A DNA stretch of 64,000 nucleotides from IMG/VR virus record IMGVR_UViG_3300013131_000040; one strand, 5' to 3'. Every line of letters begins with the position of its first letter. Position 1 is the stretch's first letter. The notes beneath the pieces are model-generated. The model worked only from the letters and a program-made list of their open reading frames with translations. It was not told the DNA's origin and did not search any database. The position numbers and the translations under genes were made by a program. This DNA comes from an uncultured virus (IMG/VR IMGVR_UViG_3300013131_000040) (taxonomy: Duplodnaviria > Heunggongvirae > Uroviricota > Caudoviricetes). Below, piece after piece: positions 1-9,718 of the stretch.

Positions 1-8
1 CTACCAGG

Positions 9-42
9 CCGGGGCGGGCCTAAAGCCGGCCCCGCCCGATCC
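9..42 (+). promoter_or_regulatory. Dispersed 34-bp element copy 1 (putative phage promoter)
   Basis: CTAAA at 20-24, GCCGG, then GATCC at 38-42; 13-nt spacing. Confidence 0.6.
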
Positions 43-336
43 CGAGGGGCGACCGGCCCGCCGCAACGGGTCAAACGCCATGCTGAGAAAGGCTATAGCG
101 CATAGTGGTAACAAGCAACAGAGGTAAGCAATGAGGCCGCTGTCCGATATGCTGACGTACAACGAGATGGGCGAAGATGGCGAGCCGGTTACGGTTACTC
201 TGACCGTTGCCGAAGCCATTGCGCGGCAGCGTGCCGCTGTGGCATCCTCACTCCTCGCCCGCCCGAACTTCCAGTACGGCAGCGACGAAGAAGCACTTGA
301 GGATTTCATGGTCGTCCATTGGGCATGGTGGGTATA

Positions 337-633
337 GTGAAGCTAGATGAGGCCGAGATCCTAATGGCAATTGGGAGTGGCGATCCGTTCGCTGCTGCTG
401 CCATAGTAGCACGTCAAACCGGAACAGAACTAGACCTTAGTCAGTTTCGCTATATTGACGGCACCCACGATTACAAGCATGATCCCGAAATCGTGATCGC
501 GTTAATAGGTGGCGGGTGCATTGCCTGGTCTCCAGCTTATAGCTTTATCTACGTTGGTGATTTTTTCAAGATCAGTAATCCTGGTACTATAACTATGCGG
601 TATGGCCGCAAAAGAAAGAAGATCTCCAAATGA
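337..633 (+). CDS. MKL-family small protein (helical subfamily A)
   Basis: GTG AAG CTA start overlapping the upstream TAG; KLDEAEILMAIGSGDPFAAAAIVARQ. Confidence 0.65.
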   Translation: MKLDEAEILMAIGSGDPFAAAAIVARQTGTELDLSQFRYIDGTHDYKHDPEIVIALIGGGCIAWSPAYSFIYVGDFFKISNPGTITMRYGRKRKKISK

Positions 634-806
634 GCAAGAATGTAACGGTCGTACTTGACTTCCGCCTTGATGATGGCCTTTCTCCTGAGGAGGTCCGGGC
701 TATTCGTGATGCCATGGTAGATTCTTTCCGCGAGCAGGCCGAGATCGAACTGACATCCATGCAATCCCCTATTGTGGATTGCACAGTGACGGCCACCCTC
801 AACTGA
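630..806 (+). CDS. Small hypothetical protein (58 aa, below the ORF-track cut-off)
   Basis: ATGA overlap with the upstream stop; MSKNVTVVLDFRLDDG...; fills the gap exactly. Confidence 0.55.
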   Translation: MSKNVTVVLDFRLDDGLSPEEVRAIRDAMVDSFREQAEIELTSMQSPIVDCTVTATLN

Positions 807-1095
807 GGTAAGTGTATGTCTTACATGTCTACAAAGTTCTGCGAAACATGCGATGCCGATTATGATTGGGCTGCTCCCGAGTGCCACGGCTGCGTTACGC
901 GGCGAGCGTGGGAGGCAGAGAGCGCGCGTGTAGCTGCGCTGCTGAAAGCAGCGCGGAGTGCCCTCTATGACCTGGGCATTCTTCCTAGCTATCTAGATGA
1001 CCCTGCATTTCCGTGGCCGAACGCAGGACTAAGGCTGCTGGCTCGATCACATCAGCGGGCCCATGCCCAGCTGGCAGAAGCCCTGGCTCTATTCG

Positions 1096-1389
1096 ATGAA
1101 GCTGGATGACTATCTAATGAGGCAAGCTTTTCGCAACAGAGACTGGCCTGCTGCGATAGCTAATCTGGCTCAACATTACAGTCTGCCCATTGATGACCCA
1201 GACAAACTGATAATCGGCAAAGACTATTCTGTATCTGACGTGTCCGGCGAAGAAGAATCTATTTCTATTTGCTGGAATGGGCAGTATGCTGTCTGGTCAT
1301 CTACAGAGAGTTACTTGGGATGCGTAGTACTTAGAAGGCCTATCCTGCCACCAGCTATTAGAATCTACTGCGATAGCATCGGCAAATGA
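1096..1389 (+). CDS. MKL-family small protein (subfamily A)
   Basis: MKLDDYLMRQAFRNRDWPAAIANLAQHY. Confidence 0.7.
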   Translation: MKLDDYLMRQAFRNRDWPAAIANLAQHYSLPIDDPDKLIIGKDYSVSDVSGEEESISICWNGQYAVWSSTESYLGCVVLRRPILPPAIRIYCDSIGK

Positions 1390-1631
1390 TATGCAGCCAT
1401 TTTGCTAAAGCCATGTCTATTGAGGAGCATATGACAACGTCACATAGTAGTGATGCCACCCAGGCAACCATCCGAAAGCTTGAAAAACAGATTGATGATC
1501 TCAAGGAAGTAGTGATGCAGATAGCATGGGAGCTTGAGATGCGAAACAAGCACCGATATGTCACAAAGAAGGAAGAGGAGTTCCTACAGAAGCGCAACAT
1601 CAAAAAGGTCTAGCCTCGAGGACCAGGCGAC

Positions 1632-1940
1632 ATGAAGCTGTCACACTATGAAATAGCCGAGGCCTGTGCTGCAAGCAACTACGCGGCTGCTGCCGATCTG
1701 ATACGTCGCAACTCTACGGGTGAGATTGCCAGTCACAATGTTGCAGCGTTTCCAATTTTTACTTTCAGTATAATAAGCAATGTTGCGCTTGTTCAGATTG
1801 AGATTCAAGTGTGGATAGGGACCTGCTGCTGGTACTGGAATGATCTAAGTGGCTATGGTGAGTACGATCTTTCGGATTACGACTTTTACCCCGTCAACCC
1901 ATCAGAAAGAATTTGCATAAAGAAATTCGCTAGGCAATAG
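1632..1940 (+). CDS. MKL-family small protein (subfamily A)
   Basis: MKLSHYEIAEACAASNYAAAADLIRR. Confidence 0.7.
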   Translation: MKLSHYEIAEACAASNYAAAADLIRRNSTGEIASHNVAAFPIFTFSIISNVALVQIEIQVWIGTCCWYWNDLSGYGEYDLSDYDFYPVNPSERICIKKFARQ

Positions 1941-1945
1941 GCAGG

Positions 1946-1979
1946 GCGGGTCGGGCCTAAAGCCGGCCCCGCCCGATCC
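1946..1979 (+). promoter_or_regulatory. Dispersed 34-bp element copy 2
   Basis: CTAAA 1957-1961, GATCC 1975-1979; directly after the stop at 1940. Confidence 0.6.
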
Positions 1980-2040
1980 TGAAGGTCGAGCCGCCGAGCC
2001 GACCGCTCGAACGGCAGTATGGAAAGACCAGCGTGGCTGG

Positions 2041-2130
2041 CTCTTGGAGTCTGGGTCGTACCCAGTTCTTTTCAACAGCTCTGTGTTGTGTCGGTAGCAC
2101 AGAGTCCTCCCAAACCCGACCGTCCAAGAG
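2041..2130 (+). ncRNA. Candidate structured leader RNA upstream of the AAA+ ATPase
   Basis: Outer stem CTCTTGGA/TCCAAGAG encloses two hairpins; possible loop pseudoknot GTCGG/CCGAC. Confidence 0.3.
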
Positions 2131-2163
2131 GACGCACGTTAACCCCTAAACAAGGATAGTCAG

Positions 2164-3330
2164 ATGGACATCTCGCAGCTCATTGATTTCGATTCGCTCC
2201 TCCCCACCACGCAGGCTCGCCTGCTCACTGGTGACGCTGGCCTCGGTAAGTCCAGCGTGGTGCGAATGATTGCTCAGAAGCGCGGCATGCGGGTCGTTGA
2301 CCTCCGCCTGTCGGAGCTTGAGCCCGCTGATCTTGTCGGTATGCCTTTCGTCGATAAGCTCGCCGACGGCACCGTCGTTACCCGCTACGCTGCTCCGACC
2401 TGGTGGTACGATCTCGAGAACGCTGTTCTCTTCCTCGACGAGATTGACCGTGCTCGTGAGGACATGCAGCCTCTCGCCATGCAGCTGACCCTTGACCGTC
2501 GTGCTGGCGGTCGTACTCTGCCGGATAGCACGATTGTGTTCGCTGCCGGTAACGGTCTGAAGTACCAGACTGCTACGCTCGACCAGGCTCTCTGCAATCG
2601 TTTTGCGATTGTCGAGTTCACTCCCACTTCTTCCGAGTGGGTTAGCTGGGCCAGCGACCCTGCCAATGGCGTTCACCCCGCCGTTGTGCAGTTCATCACG
2701 CAGCACAAGAACCTTCTGGATATTCCCGAGGGTAAGCGTGGTGTTCCGAACGAGGCTGTCACCAGCCGCCGTAGCTGGACCTTCCTCGGTCGTACCCTGA
2801 TGAACCGCGAGGATACTCGTGATTCGCTGTCGGAGGTTGCTGGCCGCGACAACCGCCTGATGGTTTACTCAGCGCCGTTTGTTGGCGAGGTTGCAGCCAA
2901 CACGTTCTCCAGCTGGGTTCGTGATAACTTCAAGCCGCTGGACATCATGGATATCTTCAACGGCAAGCTCAAGAGCCCCAAGGGTTTCCAGCTTACCCAG
3001 GTTATCCAGGCTCTGCGCGATGTCATGGAGGTGATGAACCGCGATGACATCAAGGACGAGCAGCGCATCAACGCCGCCCTGTTCTACAGCCGCATGGGTC
3101 ACGAGCCCTTCTCGGCCTTCTTCGAGGCACTTGATGATCGTCACGGTGACATCATCAACAAGAGCCCTGATCTGAAGGCTGCTGTCCGGGCGCTGCTTGA
3201 TGCGAAGGCTAAGATCTACGCTAAGCCCGCCGCCGATGGTACCACCGCCGCTGCCTCTACCGAGGCGCCAGCCGACTCGGCTGACAGCGACGATGCGCCA
3301 AAGCGTGGTCGCAAGAAGAAGAGTGTCTGA
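2164..3330 (+). CDS. MoxR-type AAA+ ATPase
   Basis: Walker A GDAGLGKS, Walker B LFLDEIDRA, AAGN sensor I, LDQALCNRF arginine finger; AAGGA RBS. Confidence 0.9.
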   Translation: MDISQLIDFDSLLPTTQARLLTGDAGLGKSSVVRMIAQKRGMRVVDLRLSELEPADLVGMPFVDKLADGTVVTRYAAPTWWYDLENAVLFLDEIDRAREDMQPLAMQLTLDRRAGGRTLPDSTIVFAAGNGLKYQTATLDQALCNRFAIVEFTPTSSEWVSWASDPANGVHPAVVQFITQHKNLLDIPEGKRGVPNEAVTSRRSWTFLGRTLMNREDTRDSLSEVAGRDNRLMVYSAPFVGEVAANTFSSWVRDNFKPLDIMDIFNGKLKSPKGFQLTQVIQALRDVMEVMNRDDIKDEQRINAALFYSRMGHEPFSAFFEALDDRHGDIINKSPDLKAAVRALLDAKAKIYAKPAADGTTAAASTEAPADSADSDDAPKRGRKKKSV

Positions 3331-3410
3331 TACAATCGGCGCCAAGACTCAGCTCTTGGCGCCGTTCCTGGTTGGACCAGGCGTTTTGAAACCCAAGCCC
3401 AAGGATATGT

Positions 3411-4577
3411 ATGACCTCTCTCTTGAATCTTAAGTCCCTCTCCACGGGCGAAATCGTGGAGATGACCGATCAGGAGCCATTCATCGCTTACTTCTTCCAC
3501 CAGTCTACGATTATCGAAGACGAGGAGATGAAGTTCGCAGCGGGTGTTTTCGTAAAGCATGGCAAGCCCACGCTGCTTATGAACCCCAAGATGATGAACT
3601 CCTTCTCTGTCCGGGAGAAGATTGGCGTTATCGTGCACGAGTATCTGCACGTTGCGCTTTCGCACTGTACGACGCGACTGACTATGGAGCCAGATCGCCG
3701 CCGCACAGAAAACATTGCTAAGGACATGGCGATCAATCAGCTGATCACCGATCCACAGCATGGCAACTGGGATCTGCCGGAAGGCTGTATCTCGCACACC
3801 GATCCGCGCTTCAACTTCCCTGCCGGCCTTTCTTCGGAAGAGTACTATGCTCTTATGAAGCAAAAGTTCTCCGAGCAGGAGGTTGCTGATCAGTTCGGTG
3901 ACGGCATGGACGACCACAGTGGTTGGTCCGAAGAAGATGACACAACGGGCACGCGAGTCGTCAAGGAAATGGCTCGCCGCTACCTGATGGGTCGCAACGC
4001 TGACCGTGGCCGCACGCTCAAGGCCGGTAGCATGGCCGATTCCATGATTGAAGAAATTCTTTCAGTGGAATCGCATGACATCGACTGGCGCGCCAAGGCC
4101 CGCATGTGGATGGCTCGCATCGCTGATCCTAAGCGCCGCCTTACTTGGAAGCGCTTCAGCAAGCGGTTCGGCTTCCCGTTCCAGGGTGAGAAGACAACCG
4201 TCAAGAATAAGATTCTTGCGATTGTTGACACCTCGGGTTCGATGAGCGATTCGTATCTCGCTCATGTCGGCGGCCAGCTCAATCTCATGACTCGCATCAT
4301 GCAGATTGACGTTGTGTTTTGCGATGCCGACGTGCATGGCAAGATCAAGAAGTTCCGCCCCTCGGCGCAACTTGCTTTCCCCGGTCGTGGCGGCACTGAC
4401 ATGCAGCCCGGCTTTGATCTCGCTGTTGCCGATGGTTATCGTGGTGTTGTGTGCTTTACGGACGGCTATTTGTTCCGCGAACCCGTATGTCCGATCACCA
4501 CCCTGTGGGTCGTGGTCAACAACGATGGTTTCAAGGCTCCGTTCGGCGATGTTGTCAATGTGAAGTGGAAGGACTGA
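3411..4577 (+). CDS. HExxH metallopeptidase-like + vWA domain protein (DUF2201-type)
   Basis: HEYLH and NIAKDMAINQ in the N-half; MIDAS DTSGSMS, GRGGTD and FTDG in the C-half; follows the MoxR ATPase. Confidence 0.85.
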   Translation: MTSLLNLKSLSTGEIVEMTDQEPFIAYFFHQSTIIEDEEMKFAAGVFVKHGKPTLLMNPKMMNSFSVREKIGVIVHEYLHVALSHCTTRLTMEPDRRRTENIAKDMAINQLITDPQHGNWDLPEGCISHTDPRFNFPAGLSSEEYYALMKQKFSEQEVADQFGDGMDDHSGWSEEDDTTGTRVVKEMARRYLMGRNADRGRTLKAGSMADSMIEEILSVESHDIDWRAKARMWMARIADPKRRLTWKRFSKRFGFPFQGEKTTVKNKILAIVDTSGSMSDSYLAHVGGQLNLMTRIMQIDVVFCDADVHGKIKKFRPSAQLAFPGRGGTDMQPGFDLAVADGYRGVVCFTDGYLFREPVCPITTLWVVVNNDGFKAPFGDVVNVKWKD

Positions 4578-4830
4578 TAAGATGACTCTCTATGGTATTA
4601 TTCGTGAAATGCTTGCTCGTGGCGATCTGACTGCCCGTCCTTCTAACCACGTACAAATGGGCGCCGGGGAAACCCTGATTTATCGCGGCGCTCCCGTTCG
4701 TATCTTTACCGAGGTACATTCGCTGCGCGGCCTTGTTCCTCCAGAGAAGGCTGTAGACTTCGAGCGCACAACCGACGTGCTGCTCGATGCAGACTACAAC
4801 CTGATTACGTCGGCACCAAGCTGACGCCCG

Positions 4831-4866
4831 GCAGCCCCGCTGTACCAGCAGCGGGGCTGCTTTTTT
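4831..4866 (+). terminator. Rho-independent terminator
   Basis: Perfect 12-bp stem GCAGCCCCGCTG/CAGCGGGGCTGC followed by T6. Confidence 0.85.
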
Positions 4867-4907
4867 AGTTAGGAGCTTGTTCGCCAGAGCAGATAGCGAG
4901 TAGTTGC

Positions 4908-5201
4908 ATGAAGCTAGACAGCATAGTTTTCTACAAGCTAAAGAGCCTCTCATGGGTTTCACCGTGGACCGAGCACGCCTATATTGTTACTGGTGACGGG
5001 TTGGAGACTACTGCTAGCTTATTTTACGCAAAGAAGCTGCATACCAAGGATAAAGTCTACGGCCAGTATAGTCTAGGCCTGCAATACACTCACGAGCTAT
5101 ACATAATGTCTCCAGGAATATTTTTAAAGTTTCCTGATGACGAAGTCGAGGATGTTATATCTGCTCTGGCGAGGGCGGGCTATTTTCGCGAAGATGGGTA
5201 A
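4908..5201 (+). CDS. MKL-family small protein
   Basis: MKLDSIVFYKLKS. Confidence 0.6.
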   Translation: MKLDSIVFYKLKSLSWVSPWTEHAYIVTGDGLETTASLFYAKKLHTKDKVYGQYSLGLQYTHELYIMSPGIFLKFPDDEVEDVISALARAGYFREDG

Positions 5202-5204
5202 TAG

Positions 5205-5543
5205 ATGAAGCTAGCTGACCAGATCTTTACCGTCCTCGCACCGGCAGAATGGCACACTGCCATTGATCTACCATTCCCGCCTGCCTGGTACGCCATTGCC
5301 GGCCAGCTAGCCTCCAGCGATATAGAAGAGATCGTGTGGCAACGCAATTACATAATCCTGGCCGAATACGTATCAGGTCGTAGCGCCGAGCGACTTGCGG
5401 CATATGGCAACGAAGGTGAGCCTAACCAGTTTTCAATAACATGCGGCGCGCACATAAATGTTGCCGCGCTGCTGGCACCAGTACGAGATAAAGCAAGAGT
5501 GTGGCACTGTGGATGCTTCGCCCGCCTGTCCTATAACCCCTGA
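5205..5543 (+). CDS. MKL-family small protein
   Basis: MKLADQIFTVL; starts 3 nt after the upstream stop. Confidence 0.6.
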   Translation: MKLADQIFTVLAPAEWHTAIDLPFPPAWYAIAGQLASSDIEEIVWQRNYIILAEYVSGRSAERLAAYGNEGEPNQFSITCGAHINVAALLAPVRDKARVWHCGCFARLSYNP

Positions 5544-5556
5544 TAAAAGGAACTAA

Positions 5557-6672
5557 ATGAAGATTTTCGAGAAGTCCAACAACGAGCTGGGCGCGATCTA
5601 TATTGCTTTCGAGTCGCCGGTCAAGAACGAAGATCCGCATCTCAAAGGCATGTCGCACCTGCTCGAGCACATGATTTGCTGCTCACTGGATGACGTTGAA
5701 GAAAAGCTAGATGAGCATTGCCTAACCTACAATGCCTATACCGGCGGTGACGAGGTAGTGTTCTTCCTGTCAGGGCTTAGCAGTGAGCTGGCCAAGTTCC
5801 GCGATCTGTTTGTAGAGCGCATCCTCAGCTATCGACCGACCCTCGAACACTTTAACAAGGAAAAGAATATCGTACTCCAGGAGTATGATGACGCCTATAG
5901 CGAGAGCGGCTTCTCTAGCTTCGCCAACTATTCCAGCGTCCGCTTCGGCTATGTGGGTCCTATCGGCGTCCGGGCTGCTATTGAGTCTGTAACATTTGAG
6001 CAGATTTGTGAGCTGCACGCTCGCGCATTCGCAAAGCCTTCAAAGATTATTGTCATTGACCGTGATGACTTCGATGTGCAGGCCGAGTTTGCTGATACGA
6101 GCGCCGCTACCTATACTGGCTTCCGTCACGTCAACCACGATGCGCCTGTTGTACCTAGCAGCATTAATGTCCTGAGCGCCTCACCCATCCTGCCGCTTGA
6201 TGGGGTTTATCATCTTCAGATTATCCAGGCTACTCTTGGTTATGGTCTAAAGAGTCCGCTGTATCAGGAGCTACGGGAGAAGGCCAGTCTTTGTTACTGG
6301 GTTTCGGCTAGCGCCTACAAGATGAACGACGACCACATCATGGTTGTATCGACATCCACCAAAGACAGCAACGTGGATCGCATCAAGGGCCTTACGCTGG
6401 ATGTGCTCTCTAACCCGGAGAAGCATTTTACCCGCGAGCGGTTTGACATGATGATGGCAAATCGCCGCATTGCAATCCGCATTGCCGAGCAGAACCTGGC
6501 ATCTTCGGGATTCCGCAAGCACCTTAACTCTTCGAACGAGAAGGTGTCCTTCCTCAAGAATATCGACCGGATCACCTACGAGTCGGCTCTCGACTATTTC
6601 AATCGCCACCTGAACCCACGCAATGTGGCATGGGAGCAGGTAGATGACCGCGACATCCGCCAGATGACCTGA
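5557..6672 (+). CDS. M16 (insulinase/pitrilysin-like) zinc peptidase
   Basis: Inverted zinc motif HLLEH, NAYT, EKNIVLQE, and LYQELRE...LCY in the second domain. Confidence 0.88.
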   Translation: MKIFEKSNNELGAIYIAFESPVKNEDPHLKGMSHLLEHMICCSLDDVEEKLDEHCLTYNAYTGGDEVVFFLSGLSSELAKFRDLFVERILSYRPTLEHFNKEKNIVLQEYDDAYSESGFSSFANYSSVRFGYVGPIGVRAAIESVTFEQICELHARAFAKPSKIIVIDRDDFDVQAEFADTSAATYTGFRHVNHDAPVVPSSINVLSASPILPLDGVYHLQIIQATLGYGLKSPLYQELREKASLCYWVSASAYKMNDDHIMVVSTSTKDSNVDRIKGLTLDVLSNPEKHFTRERFDMMMANRRIAIRIAEQNLASSGFRKHLNSSNEKVSFLKNIDRITYESALDYFNRHLNPRNVAWEQVDDRDIRQMT

Positions 6673-6676
6673 CAGT

Positions 6677-6710
6677 ACGGGCCGGGCCTAAAGCCGGCGC
6701 GGCCCGATCC
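6677..6710 (+). promoter_or_regulatory. Dispersed 34-bp element copy 3
   Basis: CTAAA 6688-6692, GATCC 6706-6710. Confidence 0.6.
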
Positions 6711-6750
6711 CGACCGGCGGCACAGCGCACAAACCACACACGGAGTAAAT

Positions 6751-7173
6751 ATGGCTCAAAGCATTAGCGAACTTTCCCCGATTGAGATTGTTGCTCTTGG
6801 ATCTATTAAGTCTGGCGGTGCCCGTGACGAGGTGCAGCCCGGTGAACACGCAGTAGACTTTACTGTCCGGGTTCAGGGCAAGGTTAAGGTGGGTGAGGAT
6901 ACCGAGAAGGCTCCTACTGCTCGCCTGCCCCATCTTGCGGTCATGGCACTTTTCATTCAGCGCATGGGCATCCAGCGGGAGCGGGCTACCGCCGTTCTGC
7001 TTAGCTGTATGCACGATGCCATTTCAATGGACAAGAGCGCTCGGGAAACTCTCCTGGAAAATTACCCAGAGATTGCCGAGTGCGAGGAAAGCATCCGCGT
7101 ACTGATGGCAAACCTGCCTCCGATCAAGGAGCGCGGGCACGTTACAACAAAGCTGGCGGTGACGGCGCTTTGA
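6751..7173 (+). CDS. Hypothetical phage protein
   Basis: GGAG RBS; 140-aa ORF, first gene after the repeat. Confidence 0.7.
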   Translation: MAQSISELSPIEIVALGSIKSGGARDEVQPGEHAVDFTVRVQGKVKVGEDTEKAPTARLPHLAVMALFIQRMGIQRERATAVLLSCMHDAISMDKSARETLLENYPEIAECEESIRVLMANLPPIKERGHVTTKLAVTAL

Positions 7174-7193
7174 TGTAAGCTACTAGCATCGCT

Positions 7194-7535
7194 ATGAAAC
7201 TAGAAACCGCTGCGATGCTAGTAGCTATTGAAGATGGGGAATGGATGACTGCGGCGGGCATAATAGCTCGCCACTTTAATGTAGAGGTAAGCCTGAATGA
7301 ACTTCAGGTTTACAGCCTGACGAGTCTCCAGATTCCCTTTGCGCGGGCAGCGGACTCCCTGCTACTATATCCGATCTACGGTTATAGGTTTGAGTGGCAC
7401 AGCGATACGGGCTTTATAGCATCACTATCCGCTCAGAGGTACTACTCTGATGGAAAGACTAACCCTCGCGCTCAACTGCGTGATCGTCCAGTTCTAGAAG
7501 TTTTCCGGCAGCAAACCCTAACCACAGGAGCCTGA
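7194..7535 (+). CDS. MKL-family small protein (subfamily A)
   Basis: MKLETAAMLVAIEDGEWMTAAGIIARHF. Confidence 0.7.
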   Translation: MKLETAAMLVAIEDGEWMTAAGIIARHFNVEVSLNELQVYSLTSLQIPFARAADSLLLYPIYGYRFEWHSDTGFIASLSAQRYYSDGKTNPRAQLRDRPVLEVFRQQTLTTGA

Positions 7536-7538
7536 TAA

Positions 7539-8037
7539 ATGCGTTATCTTGATTTTGTAGTACCTCGCTGAATCTATCGCTACCCAGTTTAGGGACGACG
7601 AGCTTCAGCATCAGATTGTTGCCTTTGCAATAAAGGGTGGCGTAGCAGTTGACTTTGGTGTCAATAAGCTGCGTTACTCCCGGAACAGATCAGTATTCCG
7701 TTGCTCGATGCACGCTGAGATGGACCTGCTCCGCAAGCTCGGACCCAAGGCAAGCGGCAGCAAGATTTTTATCTATCGCTTCAACAATGCCGGGGGTGCA
7801 GAGTCCCGGCAGAATAAGAACGGCAAGCCATGCTTGCTTTGCCAGCATTGCCTTAAGAACGCTGGTGTTTCTCGCGTGCATTATGTGGATGATGCGGGCG
7901 AGGTCTGCACCCTTAAAAACAGGGACATGGTCGAACTCATCGGTGCCCCCAGCAAGATTACTGAGCATTTCCTTGATCGCTTTGAGGGTAATCACCACGG
8001 CAAGTTTGATCCGGCATTCTTTGTGGCCGGCAGGTGA
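7539..8037 (+). pseudogene. Cytidine/dCMP deaminase-fold protein with a frameshift near the N-terminus
   Basis: HAE and PCxxC zinc motifs; RBS AGGAG and ATG 7539 are out of frame with the long frame open from 7561. Confidence 0.65.
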
Positions 8038-8040
8038 GAT

Positions 8041-8304
8041 ATGAAGCTGGCGTCTGTTGCTATCTCAGAAGCGTTCATGGCGGCAGACTACGAGCTAGCC
8101 GTGACTGCCCTTGCGGATCATTATGGACTTGTCCTTCCTGATGGGTACGACCTTGAGGTTATGCTGGATCGCGATCATCATCCCGAAGTAGTAATTGAAA
8201 CCGAATGCATGGTGTATGGCTGGGATAAAATAATTGGTCTTTATTCCGGCAGCATAGTGCCGCGTTACAAGCTACTTGTGACTGTATTTGATTGCAATCG
8301 TTGA
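8041..8304 (+). CDS. MKL-family small protein (subfamily A)
   Basis: MKLASVAISEAFMAADYELAVTALADHYG. Confidence 0.7.
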   Translation: MKLASVAISEAFMAADYELAVTALADHYGLVLPDGYDLEVMLDRDHHPEVVIETECMVYGWDKIIGLYSGSIVPRYKLLVTVFDCNR

Positions 8305-8310
8305 GGCATT

Positions 8311-8643
8311 ATGAAGCTGCGACAATGGGAGATTGAGCGGCATATAAGTGAGCTGCTTGGCAGAGAGCCCGAGGTTTTCTGGGCAGGGCGCACCAGGGAT
8401 CATGCCCTGCTACTCTGGCCCCACAATGATGGATTTGCCTTTTTGCAGCGTGGCAATGCTGTAGCAGTCTCTGTGCACGGCAGCGTGTCTGGATACTTCG
8501 AGCCATGTCTAACTAAGATTAGCGACGATAGTATAACTGCGGCTGTAAATGTTATTGTTCGCAGCTCCGGCTTGCCATGGAAGCAGGCATCGGCCTGCGA
8601 AGAAATCGCAGATATGTTCAGGGCGGCCAATGAAGCTAGCTAG
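8311..8643 (+). CDS. MKL-family small protein (paralogue of 10562..10867)
   Basis: MKLRQWEIERHISELLG...YFEPCLTKI. Confidence 0.7.
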   Translation: MKLRQWEIERHISELLGREPEVFWAGRTRDHALLLWPHNDGFAFLQRGNAVAVSVHGSVSGYFEPCLTKISDDSITAAVNVIVRSSGLPWKQASACEEIADMFRAANEAS

Positions 8644-8908
8644 CATTGCGATTAAGTTTGCCCTTGGGGAAAAGGACTGGGGAGCAGCTGTTCGGCTGCT
8701 AGCATCCTTATTCCCACTCGAGGGTATTGAGGAAGCCATTAGCATTCATGGCATATCTACGTCAGTAATGCCTGCCTGGGATATGGAAGAGGTGCAGATC
8801 CGCTGGCAATACAATATCTACTACTGGAGGCGAGGGCAGGTGATCTCCGAGCGGTACCCAGTAAACTACCCTACTCCGATGGCTATTGTCTACTGCAAAG
8901 GAATTTGA
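8630..8908 (+). CDS. MKL-family small protein (subfamily A)
   Basis: MKLASIAIKFALGEKDWGAAVRLLASLF. Confidence 0.7.
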   Translation: MKLASIAIKFALGEKDWGAAVRLLASLFPLEGIEEAISIHGISTSVMPAWDMEEVQIRWQYNIYYWRRGQVISERYPVNYPTPMAIVYCKGI

Positions 8909-8909
8909 T

Positions 8910-9197
8910 TTGAAGCTCATAGATTACGAGCTTATATTTATGATCGAGCGCGGCGACTGGGATGGTCTGGCTGCTGCCATCGCTAGGCATCACGGCTGCT
9001 CCCTTCAGGCAAAAGCAGAGGTCGCACTCCTAGACAGCGTAGTGGATGACAGCTATGTTTCTCTGCGTATTTGCGACAAGCGCTATACATGGAGCCAGGA
9101 CACTGGCTTCTATTCCTATCGTTATTCAGCCGGGCTAGGCGACGTAGTGCCGCAACTAACCGTTATAAGAAAGCGGGATTATCAGCATGAAAATTAA
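8910..9197 (+). CDS. MKL-family small protein (subfamily A), TTG start
   Basis: TTG AAG CTC 1 nt after the upstream TGA; KLIDYELIFMIERGDWDGLAAAIARHHG. Confidence 0.65.
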   Translation: MKLIDYELIFMIERGDWDGLAAAIARHHGCSLQAKAEVALLDSVVDDSYVSLRICDKRYTWSQDTGFYSYRYSAGLGDVVPQLTVIRKRDYQHEN

Positions 9198-9705
9198 CAA
9201 GATTGACTACAGCCCGCCGGTTGCTGCTGGCGACTGCTTTAAGATTTATGTAAACTTCTCCTGCTCGCAGGATGATGTCCCTTTCTTCGGCACACTTGGC
9301 AAGTACTACAAGGCAGTAGCGGTTCCTGATATCCCTGCTTACGAAGCTCACTATGCCGATCCAGAGAGCACTGCCTACGATCTCGAACCGGCGGGCGGCA
9401 CGTTCTCCACTATCAAGTGGCGCAAGAGCAGCCCCTATGACCTCGGTCTTTGCAAGCAGGTAAGTGTTGTCGGTTGCGACAATATTGCGCACGAAGACGA
9501 TGGCACATATAGCTATCAGCAATACATTAATCACAACTATATTACGGAAGCGGCTGTCAAGCAACTGGTACAGATGAAGGACGACATTGACCGCGGCCAT
9601 TGCCGATGGGGTAATCATCCCGACCAGGTCGGCTGCTTTCGCTCCGGCTCTCCTATCTCAGACTTCATTGGCATCATTGAAACCCTTGATCGGTTCTGGG
9701 ATTGA
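9187..9705 (+). CDS. Hypothetical protein
   Basis: 172-aa ORF within the + strand run. Confidence 0.6.
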   Translation: MKINKIDYSPPVAAGDCFKIYVNFSCSQDDVPFFGTLGKYYKAVAVPDIPAYEAHYADPESTAYDLEPAGGTFSTIKWRKSSPYDLGLCKQVSVVGCDNIAHEDDGTYSYQQYINHNYITEAAVKQLVQMKDDIDRGHCRWGNHPDQVGCFRSGSPISDFIGIIETLDRFWD

Positions 9706-9718
9706 GTGTTGCGCAGTC

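Noticed and set aside
2146..4370. Long minus-strand ORFs opposite the AAA+/vWA genes, and similar ones opposite tig, rIIA and the topoisomerase
   Set aside because: They are antisense shadows of strongly biased + strand genes and have no recognisable motifs.
7558..7560. TAG stop-codon reassignment
   Set aside because: Many genes end in TAG with the next gene starting immediately, and long conserved genes are uninterrupted in the standard code; a local frameshift explains this site better.
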